Under the pieces are notes generated by a model, which saw only the letters and a program-made list of their open reading frames with translations, ran no database searches and was not told the origin of the DNA. A DNA stretch of 64,000 nt from an uncultured Haloferula sp. GTDB lineage: Bacteria > Verrucomicrobiota > Verrucomicrobiia > Verrucomicrobiales > Akkermansiaceae. The stretch covers positions 1 through 64,000 of the forward strand of contig CBFGTS010000013.1 of assembly GCA_965652295.1 (NCBI GenBank), read 5' to 3'. Position 1 is the first letter of the stretch; every line of letters starts with the position of its first letter. A program made the translations under genes and the position numbers. Below are positions 8,926-17,679 of this stretch, one piece after another.

Positions 8926-9650
8926 ATCCGACTCCCACACCACCCACCCTTCCGGACACTGAAACGGAATCCCCACCGCTGACCCTCAGTTTCCGAGGAC
9001 TGTTCGAGGCCCTGCTCCGCCATCCGAAACACCTTGCCGGCCACGACCTCCTCGGCCAGGCCGGCAGCCTCGCCCGACTCGCCGCCCTGGCAGTGCTCGC
9101 CATTCTCGTCTTCGGCTTTGTGCTCGGCACCTTCGCATGGCACGACCAGATCTGGGCCGCGCCCGTCAAGCTCGCCGGCGGCCTGCTCTTTGCCGGCCTG
9201 ATCTGCTTCCCCAGTCTCTATATCTTCTCCTGCCTCGCCGGCTTCCAAGCCTCCGCCGTGCGTCTCTCCGGCATCCTCGGTGGCATGCTCGCCCTCGCCG
9301 GGCTCCTGCTGCTCGGTTTCGCCCCGGCCGTCTGGATCTTCACCCAGGGTACGACCTCGTTCGGATTCATGGGCACGCTTGCCGTCGGCTCATGGCTGAT
9401 CGCCTTCATCTTCGCCGCCCGGTTTCTCGGCCAGGCTTTGCGGGTCAACGGGGCCACCCAGAAAGGCCCGATCGCCATCTGGTCCCTCATTTTCCTCCTC
9501 GTCACCCTCCAACTCACCACCACGCTCCGGCCGATCCTCGGCACCTCCGACCGCTTCATGACCACGGAGAAAAAATTCTTCCTCCAGCACTGGGGTGAAA
9601 CCTTCGACCAATCCCTTCCCTCCGCTCCTCAATCCGAGCCCCAACGATGA
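8922..9650 (+). CDS. Hypothetical multi-pass membrane protein (paralog of the previous gene)
   Basis: ATGA overlap; hydrophobic segments; CFPSLYIF and QLTTTLRPILG. Confidence 0.75.
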   Translation: MNPTPTPPTLPDTETESPPLTLSFRGLFEALLRHPKHLAGHDLLGQAGSLARLAALAVLAILVFGFVLGTFAWHDQIWAAPVKLAGGLLFAGLICFPSLYIFSCLAGFQASAVRLSGILGGMLALAGLLLLGFAPAVWIFTQGTTSFGFMGTLAVGSWLIAFIFAARFLGQALRVNGATQKGPIAIWSLIFLLVTLQLTTTLRPILGTSDRFMTTEKKFFLQHWGETFDQSLPSAPQSEPQR

Positions 9651-9841
9651 AGACCCTCATCGAGTTGCCCCGTCCGCTTCTCCTCCGGGCCGCCTCCCGC
9701 GCGGCGCGGAAACGGATGCCCCTTTCCCGCTACATCGCCGAATCGCTGGAAAAGGAGCTTTCGCGGGAACCCTCGAAACCGACCGCTGGACCCGCCTCCG
9801 ATCCGCTCTTCGAAGATCTCCGGCAGGAGCTGGGGCTATGA
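9647..9841 (+). CDS. Small ribbon-helix-helix/antitoxin-like DNA-binding protein
   Basis: ATGA overlap; MKTLIELP..LLLRAA..AA....LSRYIAESLEKEL pattern. Confidence 0.55.
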   Translation: MKTLIELPRPLLLRAASRAARKRMPLSRYIAESLEKELSREPSKPTAGPASDPLFEDLRQELGL

Positions 9842-9959
9842 TCGGTCCCACCGACTCACCCCGTCCGGGCCCGACAGCGAGGGGCCGTGGCCGGCGAGAC
9901 TCAAAGCTGCCACCTTTCCCGCTGGCCCTCCGACCCGAGAACCGGATTAGGATCGGCGC

Positions 9960-11528
9960 ATGTTCCTAGGACTCGATTCCTCGACCCAATCCCTTTCCGC
10001 CCTGATCATCGATCCCGATCGCGGCACGGTGGCCCACGAAGACTCCGTGAACTTCGGCCGCGACCTTCCCCACTACGGCAGCCCTAGTGGCTTCCTCCCC
10101 GGCGGCACCGGCGGCGAGGTTCATGCCGACCCCCGGATGTGGATCGAAGCCCTCGACCTGCTGCTTTCCCGCGTCGCGGAAAGCTTCGACCTCTCCCAGA
10201 TCACCGCCATCGCCTGTTCCGGTCAGCAGCACGGTTCGGTCTACCTCGACACCACCTTCAGCGATCGCCTCGCCGCACTCGATCCCACCACTCGTCTGGT
10301 CGATCAGCTCGCGCCGGCTCTCACCCGCGCCACCTCGCCGATCTGGATGGACACCTCCACCGGCTCCGAGTGCTCGGAAATCGCCGCCGCACTCGGTGGA
10401 AACGACGAGGTCTGCCGCAGGTCCGGCTCGGTCGCCATCGAGCGGTTCACCGGCTCCCAGATCCGCCGCTTTTTCAAAACCGACCCAGCCGCCTACCAAA
10501 GCACCGCCATCATTCACCTCGTCTCCTCCTTCATCGGCTCCACCCTCGCCGGCAAGGACATCGCCATCGACCACGGCGACGGCGCGGGCATGAATCTGCT
10601 CAATCTCCACTCGCTCGATTGGGACGCCGACCTCCTCGACGCTACCGCGCCGAATTTGCGTGAGAAGCTTCCCCTCGTCGGGCCCTCGGCCACCCCCGCC
10701 GGACCGGTCTCCGGATACTTCGTCTCGAAATACGGCTTCACCGAAACCTGTGAAGTCGTTCTTTCCACCGGCGACAACCCCTCGTCGCTCGTCGGCATGG
10801 GTGCCACCAAGCCCGGCACCTTCGTCATCTCGCTCGGCACCAGCGACACCTTCTTCGCCGCCATGTCCGATGCCGTCACCGATCCCAACGGCTTCGGTCA
10901 CGTCTTCGGCAATCCCGCCGGAGGCTTCATGTCGCTGATCTGCTTCCGCAATGGTTCGCTCGCCCGCGAAGCGCTGCGCGATCAACTCAAGCTCGCGTGG
11001 AGCGACTTCGACGCGGAAGGCCTCGCCACCACGTCCGCCGGCAACGAAGGCCGCGTGATGCTTCCCTTCTTCGGTCCCGAGATCACCCCCCGCCACGACT
11101 TCAATGGGCCCGTCCGCAACTTTCCCGAGGACGCTCCGCCCGCGGTCCAGGTCCGCGCCCTGCTGGAGGGACAGTTTCTCAACATGCGCCTCCACTCGCA
11201 GTGGCTCGGCGAAAAACCGACCCTCATCCGGCTGACCGGCGGAGCGTCGCAAAACCACGGCATCGCCCAACTCATCGCCAACATCTTCCAAGCTCCCGTC
11301 GAACGCTTTGCCGTCGCCAACGGAGCCGCCCTCGGGGCCGCCATCCGCGCCGCCCACGCCTGCGGCGAAAACCTCGCCCAGCTCACCTCTTCCTTCTGCC
11401 AGCCTGCTCCCGGCTCCCGCCTTGAGCCGGACCCCCAGCTCGCTGCCACCTACGATTCGGCGCTCGCTCTTTACCAGACCCTGCTCGCCGAGCACCGATC
11501 ATCCGGCACTCCGCCACCGGCGGGATGA
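9960..11528 (+). CDS. xylB: Xylulokinase, FGGY family (eukaryote-like XKS1 subtype)
   Basis: LGLDSSTQS, SGQQHGSVY, SPIWMD, ERFTGSQI, DGAGMNL, SLGTSDT, TGGAS. Confidence 0.85.
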   Translation: MFLGLDSSTQSLSALIIDPDRGTVAHEDSVNFGRDLPHYGSPSGFLPGGTGGEVHADPRMWIEALDLLLSRVAESFDLSQITAIACSGQQHGSVYLDTTFSDRLAALDPTTRLVDQLAPALTRATSPIWMDTSTGSECSEIAAALGGNDEVCRRSGSVAIERFTGSQIRRFFKTDPAAYQSTAIIHLVSSFIGSTLAGKDIAIDHGDGAGMNLLNLHSLDWDADLLDATAPNLREKLPLVGPSATPAGPVSGYFVSKYGFTETCEVVLSTGDNPSSLVGMGATKPGTFVISLGTSDTFFAAMSDAVTDPNGFGHVFGNPAGGFMSLICFRNGSLAREALRDQLKLAWSDFDAEGLATTSAGNEGRVMLPFFGPEITPRHDFNGPVRNFPEDAPPAVQVRALLEGQFLNMRLHSQWLGEKPTLIRLTGGASQNHGIAQLIANIFQAPVERFAVANGAALGAAIRAAHACGENLAQLTSSFCQPAPGSRLEPDPQLAATYDSALALYQTLLAEHRSSGTPPPAG

Positions 11529-12109
11529 ACTATCTCGCCCACCTCTACCTCGCCGAGGATCATGCCGCCTCGCGCATCGGCAACCTCTTGGGCGACTTCC
11601 TCACCGGTCGGCCGGAAACCCTTGAGCTTCCGCCACCCGTGGTTGCCGGCATCGTGAGGCATCGGACGGTCGACCGTTTCACTGATGACCACCCCGTCGT
11701 CGTCCGAAGCCGCCGGCTCTTCACCGGCCCGCGCCGACGCTTTGCCAACGCGATCCTCGACATCGGCTTCGACCATTTCCTCGCGTCCGCCTGGACGGAT
11801 CTCCATCCGCTTCCCCTCCGGAGTTTCCTCGACCGCTTCTACGACGATCTCCGTACCCACCGGGCTTGGCTGCCGCCGGAAATCGCCGACAACCTCGACG
11901 AGCGGATCGCCGACGACTGGCTCGGCCACTACGGAACCCTTGAAGGTTTGCAGGAGGTCTTCAACCGCGTCGCCCGCCGCCGCCCGGCCTGCGCCTCCAT
12001 TGCGACCGCTCTGGAGGACTTCCGGCCTCATCGTGACGAGCTGGAAACCGCCTTCTTCTCGCTCCTTCCCGACTTACGGGCCTATCTCAAGCATCTCGGC
12101 CCCGAATAG
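11525..12109 (+). CDS. acpH: Acyl carrier protein phosphodiesterase
   Basis: MNYLAHLYLA, GNLLGDF, HRTVDRFTDDHP, DIGFDHFLA. Confidence 0.9.
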   Translation: MNYLAHLYLAEDHAASRIGNLLGDFLTGRPETLELPPPVVAGIVRHRTVDRFTDDHPVVVRSRRLFTGPRRRFANAILDIGFDHFLASAWTDLHPLPLRSFLDRFYDDLRTHRAWLPPEIADNLDERIADDWLGHYGTLEGLQEVFNRVARRRPACASIATALEDFRPHRDELETAFFSLLPDLRAYLKHLGPE

Positions 12110-12116
12110 CCTGATA

Positions 12117-12229
12117 GTGGCATGACCGTCTCGGTCATGAACGGAAACGCCGGAGTCGCCTTGCAGGCGGTGAAAACCTGAAGAAATGGAAGCCGCTGCC
12201 ATCTTTCATGACCGGGACGGTCATGCCAC
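12117..12229. repeat. REPIN-like inverted pair of REP elements
   Basis: GTGGCATGACCGTCTCGGTCATGAA at 12117-12141 and the inverted copy at 12205-12229. Confidence 0.9.
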
Positions 12230-13099
12230 TGGCAGGCAGGACGAGACTTCATGCAAAACCTTCACCGCCTGCCATGCCGCCGCGACGTCGTGCACCCGCA
12301 CCATCTGCGCACCCCGCCGCATCGCGACCGAAATGCACGCCACCGTCCCGGCATCACGCTCGGTCGGCTCCGGGAGATCGAGCACTTCTCCAATCACCGT
12401 CTTCCGACTCACCGGCACCAGCACCGGCCGGCCGAAACGTTGCAAGCGCTCCAGCCCGCAATACACCGCCAGATTGTCGTCCCGCTGCTTCGCGAAATCA
12501 ATGCCGGGATCGATGATCACCCGCGCCAACTCCAGGCCTGCCTTTGCCGCGAGATCCAGTTTCTCCTCAAAGAACCGTTCCATCGCACCCATCACATCGT
12601 CCCATTGCTGATGCGTGTGCGGCACCTTCGGCTCGCCCACGGTATGCATCACCAGCAGTGACGCTCCGCGCTCCGCGCAGAGCCGAACATTGCGATCGTC
12701 CGGCATGCCGCCCATGTCGTTGATCAGTTCCACGCCGAGCGGCAGCACGGCTCCCACCACCTCCGGCCGCCAGGTGTTCGCGGAAACCACCGGCGGCCAG
12801 ATCTGCACGGAGTCCTTCGGCACAGCCCCGGCCACCGTTTCCGGCCAGCGACCGAGAAACTCCGTGAAACGTCGTACTTCCTCCGCCACCGCCACCACCC
12901 CGCGGTTGGTGCGCGCGCTTTCCGCACCGATGTCGACCACGTCCGCCCCGGCTTCCACCGCGGCCTTCGCCTTCGCCAGCGCGGCATCGATATCGAGCGT
13001 GCCGTCACCGGAAAACGAGTCGTCATTGACGTTCACGATCCCCATCACCAGCGGGCGGCGGGGAAAGCGGATCTCCCGGTGCGGCAGCTTCCAGATCAC
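12221..13099 (-). CDS. folP: Dihydropteroate synthase
   Basis: VMGIVNVNDDSFSGDG, DIGAESAR, IDPGIDFAK, SRK, VRVHDV. Confidence 0.93.
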   Translation of the reverse strand: MIWKLPHREIRFPRRPLVMGIVNVNDDSFSGDGTLDIDAALAKAKAAVEAGADVVDIGAESARTNRGVVAVAEEVRRFTEFLGRWPETVAGAVPKDSVQIWPPVVSANTWRPEVVGAVLPLGVELINDMGGMPDDRNVRLCAERGASLLVMHTVGEPKVPHTHQQWDDVMGAMERFFEEKLDLAAKAGLELARVIIDPGIDFAKQRDDNLAVYCGLERLQRFGRPVLVPVSRKTVIGEVLDLPEPTERDAGTVACISVAMRRGAQMVRVHDVAAAWQAVKVLHEVSSCLPVA

Positions 13100-13818
13100 T
13101 CGTCGAAGTGCTCTTCCAGCCAGTCGTGCAGCGCATCGACCACCTGAGCGTGGGTTTCCTCGCTGAACATGTGGCCGACGCCCTCGATACGGACGAGGTG
13201 CTTCGGGTCCACCGCCGCCTCATAGGCGTCCTCGCTGTCCGACATCGGCACCACGTCATCGTCGGTGCCATGGATCATCAGGTAGGGAGCCTCGATCTGC
13301 TCGATCTCCAGCAGCAGGTCGCCGATAAGTTCGAGATCGCGCACGAAATCCGATGACAGCGGACAATCCTTCTCATCCCACATGCAGCCCTCGTCCGGCG
13401 TCACGTCCCCGAACTCCCGCTCGACGAATTCCGCCGTCTGTATCATGCCCGCGAGCGTCGCCAGCACCTTGATCCGCGGCTCCGCGGCGGCTGTCATGAC
13501 GCCCACCGCGCCACCCATGCTATGCCCGATGTAGGCCAGCTCGAGATCCTCCGGCAGCAGCGTGATCACGTCCGCCAGGTCCTCGCATTCCTTGGTGATG
13601 TTCGACTCGCGGAAGTCACCCTCCGACTTGCCGTTGCCAGAAAACGAAAGCCTCAGACACGGCCAGCCTTTCGCGGCCAGGCCATCGGCCACCGCCTTCA
13701 GCAACGGCCGGTCCTTGTCGGCGGTGACACCGTGACCGATGAGCACCAGTTTCCCTTCCTGACTGCCAGGGTGGAATGCCGTGTCGAGCTTCTCTCCCTG
13801 CCTGTTTTTGAAATCCAT
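13096..13818 (-). CDS. Alpha/beta fold hydrolase
   Basis: GHSMGG nucleophile elbow, HGTDDDVVP, GVGH. Confidence 0.88.
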   Translation of the reverse strand: MDFKNRQGEKLDTAFHPGSQEGKLVLIGHGVTADKDRPLLKAVADGLAAKGWPCLRLSFSGNGKSEGDFRESNITKECEDLADVITLLPEDLELAYIGHSMGGAVGVMTAAAEPRIKVLATLAGMIQTAEFVEREFGDVTPDEGCMWDEKDCPLSSDFVRDLELIGDLLLEIEQIEAPYLMIHGTDDDVVPMSDSEDAYEAAVDPKHLVRIEGVGHMFSEETHAQVVDALHDWLEEHFDE

Positions 13819-13822
13819 CCCG

Positions 13823-14707
13823 TCAATCATTGCTACGTCCGGGGAAAGTGAGTTCCGCCACGGCGCTTTTGTCGAGTTCGCCGCGACCGAGATCGATCAA
13901 TTTCCGATATTGTGCTTCAGTCGCCTGCGAAAGCGGCACCTCCACGCCCGCACCCTCCGCCAGCGAATTGGCGATGCCGCTGTCCTTCGCCGCATGGGAC
14001 GCGGAGAAATAGCAGTCGTGTTCGCGAGCGATCATGTCGTCGCCATCCGTCTCCAGCACCCGCGAGTTCGCGCCGGTCTGCGAGAAAACCTCCTTCAGCA
14101 TCGCGGTATCGAGTCCCAACGCTTCGCCCAGCCCCAAGCCCTCGGCAAGTCCGGCGGTATTGATGTTCATCACCATATTGACCAGCGCCTTCACCTTCGC
14201 CGCCGATCCCGTGGGACCGACGTATCGTAGCGACTTCGAAAGATCCTTCAGCAGCGGTTCCACCTGCTCGAAGCACTCCTTCTCTCCACCGACCATCAGA
14301 TAAAGCGTGCCCTCGCGCGCCTGCGGAATGCTCGAGGCCATGCAGGCTTCCAGCGACTTCGCGCCAGCTGCCCCGCATGCCTTTCCAACCTCCTCATGCA
14401 CCGCAGGGCTGACCGTCGCACAGTTGATGAAAACCTTGCCGCCCGCTGCGGCCAGCAGCGCATCCTCGGCGAAGATCGCCCGCATCGCCGCATCGTCCGT
14501 GACCACCGTGACGATCACATCCGCTTCCCGCGTCACCTCCGCCAGCGAGCCCGCCGCCGTGGCTCCCAGCTCGCCTGCGATTTCCCGCGCGAGGTCCGGC
14601 ACCACATCGAACACAACGCTGACCGCATGCCCGCACTCCTTCATCCGGCGCGCCATGTTCGCGCCCATTCTTCCGAGTCCGACGACTCCGATTCGTTCCT
14701 TCTGCAT
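13823..14707 (-). CDS. NAD(P)-dependent oxidoreductase (3-hydroxyisobutyrate/2-hydroxy-3-oxopropionate reductase family)
   Basis: IGVVGLGRMGANMA, catalytic K in KVKALVN, KDSGIA. Confidence 0.88.
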   Translation of the reverse strand: MQKERIGVVGLGRMGANMARRMKECGHAVSVVFDVVPDLAREIAGELGATAAGSLAEVTREADVIVTVVTDDAAMRAIFAEDALLAAAGGKVFINCATVSPAVHEEVGKACGAAGAKSLEACMASSIPQAREGTLYLMVGGEKECFEQVEPLLKDLSKSLRYVGPTGSAAKVKALVNMVMNINTAGLAEGLGLGEALGLDTAMLKEVFSQTGANSRVLETDGDDMIAREHDCYFSASHAAKDSGIANSLAEGAGVEVPLSQATEAQYRKLIDLGRGELDKSAVAELTFPGRSND

Positions 14708-14765
14708 CGCGCCAAAACCCTGCGCCTCATCCGCGCGCTTTGTCCACGAAAACGCGGCGGGCCGG

Positions 14766-15494
14766 TCACTCGATCACTCGGCATTTTCGCGCGACCTCAT
14801 CCCATGAGAAGTCCTCGCGCAACATCCTCGCCAGCCACGGGTCGGCAGCGGACAGATGCTTCGCCTCCGCGAACTTTTCCGGCCGTGTCACGCGCGTGAA
14901 AAGCACACGGTGACAATCCGCACGCGGGACCGACTTCACACCGTAGCCTCCCGGCTGATTGCTCGACCAGAACCGCACGGACCCCGCATCGCACCCGAGG
15001 TAAACGACATGATGACCGCGCTCGCGCCCGCCGATCTCGTCTGTCCACCAGATCTTGAGGAAATCACCCGGCCGGGCCTTCTCCCAATCCGTGAAATTCA
15101 CTCCCGCGCCGAGGTCCGCCACCAGCTTGGCCGCCCCGGGTCCGTTGGCATTCCAGCGCCCGAAAACACCGTGTCCGTCCTGGTGATCCATCACCGGCAG
15201 CAGCTCGGGCGAACCGTGATCGAGCGCCTCGAGTAATACCAGATACGTCGCCCCCGAGCAGAAGCTCGGTTTCGCACGATCAGCATTCACCCGGACCGCG
15301 CCTTCCGTCACCCGACATGCTTCCGGCAGCAGGTTCTTCGTCGCATCGCTCCCATCATATCCGCCTCCGGAAGGCATCGTTCGCACCGCCGTAAGCACCT
15401 TCGCGTTGAAATCCACATCCTCTCCCGCCGCCACGTTCGCGCAGCCAGCCGCGAGGACCGCAAAAGAAAGGACCGCCATCAACCTCACCATCAT
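14766..15494 (-). CDS. Putative lipoprotein with NlpC/P60/CHAP-like Cys-His motifs
   Basis: Lipobox LAAGC; FCSGATY, PGDF, GHHVVYLG, WSSN. Confidence 0.65.
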   Translation of the reverse strand: MMVRLMAVLSFAVLAAGCANVAAGEDVDFNAKVLTAVRTMPSGGGYDGSDATKNLLPEACRVTEGAVRVNADRAKPSFCSGATYLVLLEALDHGSPELLPVMDHQDGHGVFGRWNANGPGAAKLVADLGAGVNFTDWEKARPGDFLKIWWTDEIGGRERGHHVVYLGCDAGSVRFWSSNQPGGYGVKSVPRADCHRVLFTRVTRPEKFAEAKHLSAADPWLARMLREDFSWDEVARKCRVIE

Positions 15495-15534
15495 GCCGGG
15501 ATCAAAGCCACGCTGCCGGAACTTCGCGAGCGAA

Positions 15535-15592
15535 TTGGAACGCGGGCTTCAGCTCGCTCGACCGATCGGGCGAGCTGAAGCTCGCGTGCCAA
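15535..15592. repeat. Long REP-like palindrome between divergent genes
   Basis: TTGGAACGCGGGCTTCAGCTCGC...GCGAGCTGAAGCTCGCGTGCCAA. Confidence 0.7.
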
Positions 15593-15660
15593 TACCCGAG
15601 AGAAGGCGACGCACTTCCCGCTTTCCACCACAGCCGGCGATTCGTTTGGATGGTCGCCTC

Positions 15661-16938
15661 ATGAAACTCGAAACGATCTGCCTCCACGGCGGCCACACCC
15701 CCGACGCCGTCACCAACTCCCGCGCCGTGCCCGTCTACCGCACCGCTTCCTACGTCTTCAATAGTACCGAACACGCCGCCAATCTCTTCGCCCTGCGCGA
15801 ACTCGGGAATGTCTACACCCGCCTGATGAACCCGACGACCGACGTGCTTGAGAAGCGCGTCGCGCTGCTCGAAGGCTCACACGAAATGGCCGGACTCGGT
15901 CACGCTTCCGGCACCGCCGCCATCTTCAACTCCATCGTCAACCTCGCCGAGGCGGGCGACAACATCGTCTCCGCCCGCAACCTCTACGGCGGCACCTACA
16001 CGCAGTTCAACGACATCCTGCCGAAGCTCGGTATCGAGGTGAAACTCATCGATTCCACCGATCCGGAGAACTTCGCGAAAGCGATCGATGGCAAAACCCG
16101 CGCGCTGTTCTGCGAAACGGTTTCCAATCCCGCGCTGGAGATCTCCGATCTGGACGCCATCGGCGACATCGCCAAGGCGCATGGCATCCCGCTGATCGTC
16201 GACTCCACCTTCTCCACGCCCTTCCTCACCCGCCCGCTCGACCACGGCGCGGACGTCGTCGTCCACTCGCTGACCAAATGGTTCGGCGGCCACGGTACCG
16301 CGATCGGCGGGATCGTCGTCGATTCCGGACGCTTCAACTGGGCCGGCGGAAAGCATCCACTCTACGACCAGGCCGATAGTTCCTACCATGGGCTGCGCTG
16401 GGGCCACGACCTGCCCGACCCTCTCGCCCCCCTCGCCTACATCCTGCGCATGCGCACCGTGCCGCTGCGGAACCTCGGGGCCTGCATTTCTCCTGACAAC
16501 TCGTGGTTCCTGCTCCAGGGGATCGAGACTCTGCCGCTGCGGATGGAGCGCCACTGCCAGAACGCTCTCGTCGTCGCCCGGCACCTCAAGGACCACCCGA
16601 AAGTCGAGTGGGTGCGCTTTCCCGGCCTGGAGGACGATCCGGAATTCGAGCGGAACCAGAAGTATCTCAAGGGCATGGGCGGCTCGATGGTGGTCTTCGG
16701 CATCAAGGGCGGCGCGGACGCCGGGAAAAAGTTCATCGAATCGCTTGGGCTCTTCTCGCACCTCGCCAACGTCGGCGATGCCAAGAGCCTGGCCATTCAT
16801 CCCGCCACCACGACCCACAGCCAGCTCGGCGAGGAACAACAGAAGGCCGCCGGCATCCCGCCCGAAATGATCCGCCTCTCCGTCGGCCTTGAGCACATCG
16901 ACGACATCCTCGCCGACCTCGATCAGGCGCTGGGCTGA
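15661..16938 (+). CDS. metY: O-acetylhomoserine sulfhydrylase (aminocarboxypropyltransferase)
   Basis: YTRLMNPT, LYGGT, PLP lysine in HSLTKW, HLANVGDAKSL, HPATTTHSQL. Confidence 0.93.
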   Translation: MKLETICLHGGHTPDAVTNSRAVPVYRTASYVFNSTEHAANLFALRELGNVYTRLMNPTTDVLEKRVALLEGSHEMAGLGHASGTAAIFNSIVNLAEAGDNIVSARNLYGGTYTQFNDILPKLGIEVKLIDSTDPENFAKAIDGKTRALFCETVSNPALEISDLDAIGDIAKAHGIPLIVDSTFSTPFLTRPLDHGADVVVHSLTKWFGGHGTAIGGIVVDSGRFNWAGGKHPLYDQADSSYHGLRWGHDLPDPLAPLAYILRMRTVPLRNLGACISPDNSWFLLQGIETLPLRMERHCQNALVVARHLKDHPKVEWVRFPGLEDDPEFERNQKYLKGMGGSMVVFGIKGGADAGKKFIESLGLFSHLANVGDAKSLAIHPATTTHSQLGEEQQKAAGIPPEMIRLSVGLEHIDDILADLDQALG

Positions 16939-17021
16939 GGCATTGAGGGTGGGAGAACCACTCGCCGCCCCAAAATGGCGGTTGCGATCAACCCTGCACG
17001 TTGACACGTGCAACCTCCTTT

Positions 17022-17653
17022 GCCCCGAAGGGGCATCGGACATTAGCCGGTGGCGCAAGCCACCGGTTTTTCGTTCGCGGGAACACCCCGCCCCGGAGGG
17101 ATTGTGGATCCGAGTCATCACAGAAAGCGCTCATCGTATGTCACCCCGCTCCGCCCCAGCAGCTCGACATACTCCTCTTGGAAACTCCGCTTCCGATGAT
17201 GCTCCTCCTGACGTGCGATGTATCCCTTCACCGCATCGCGCTGCGACGGACTCACCGTGAACGCCCCATAACCCTCCTGCCACATGAACCCCGGATCACC
17301 GATTTCCTCATGAATCCATCGCGAGGAAACCGATTTCACATCCCGGACCAAATCCGCAAGGCATGCGGTGGCGCGAATCCCAAGGAGCAGGTGGACATGA
17401 TCGCCCACGCCTCCGATGGCCTCCGGAACCGCTCCCGAGGTTTTCACCACCCCGCCCATGAATCCACGAAGCCGCTCCCGCCACTCGGATGCGATTCGAT
17501 CAACCCGGTCCTTGGTCGAGAAAACCACGTGGATATGAAGGGAGAGATGCGTTGATGGCATGGCGATTTCCAACACCCCTCCGGGGCGCAGGTTGGATCT
17601 ATCAGATTCCGGTGGCTCGCGCCACCGGCTAATGTCCGAAGCCCCTCCGGGGC
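17022..17653 (-). mobile_element. IS200/IS605-family (RAYT-like) tnpA flanked by ~80-bp structured inverted repeats
   Basis: Left repeat 17022-17100 and right repeat 17574-17653 are inverted copies (GCCCCG(A/G)AGGGGC.TCGGACATTAGCCGGTGGCGC.AGCCACCGG...CGCCCCGGAGGG). Confidence 0.8.
17118..17561 (-). CDS. tnpA: Y1 HUH transposase TnpA (IS200/IS605 / REP-associated family)
   Basis: HIHVVFSTKDR, HUH motif DHVHLL, WQEGYGAFTVS, catalytic Tyr in YIARQEEHH. Confidence 0.92.
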   Translation of the reverse strand: MPSTHLSLHIHVVFSTKDRVDRIASEWRERLRGFMGGVVKTSGAVPEAIGGVGDHVHLLLGIRATACLADLVRDVKSVSSRWIHEEIGDPGFMWQEGYGAFTVSPSQRDAVKGYIARQEEHHRKRSFQEEYVELLGRSGVTYDERFL

Positions 17654-17679
17654 CCGAGCCCGAAACTCGATGGTCCACC

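Noticed and set aside
9838..9969. Toxin partner for the RHH protein
   Set aside because: The overlapping 43-aa frame has no PIN/RelE/MazF-like features
15406..15660. N-terminal extensions given by the ORF track for metY, fabG, smc, trxB, tnpA and others
   Set aside because: Family-typical sequence begins at later ATGs; the extensions run through promoters or repeats
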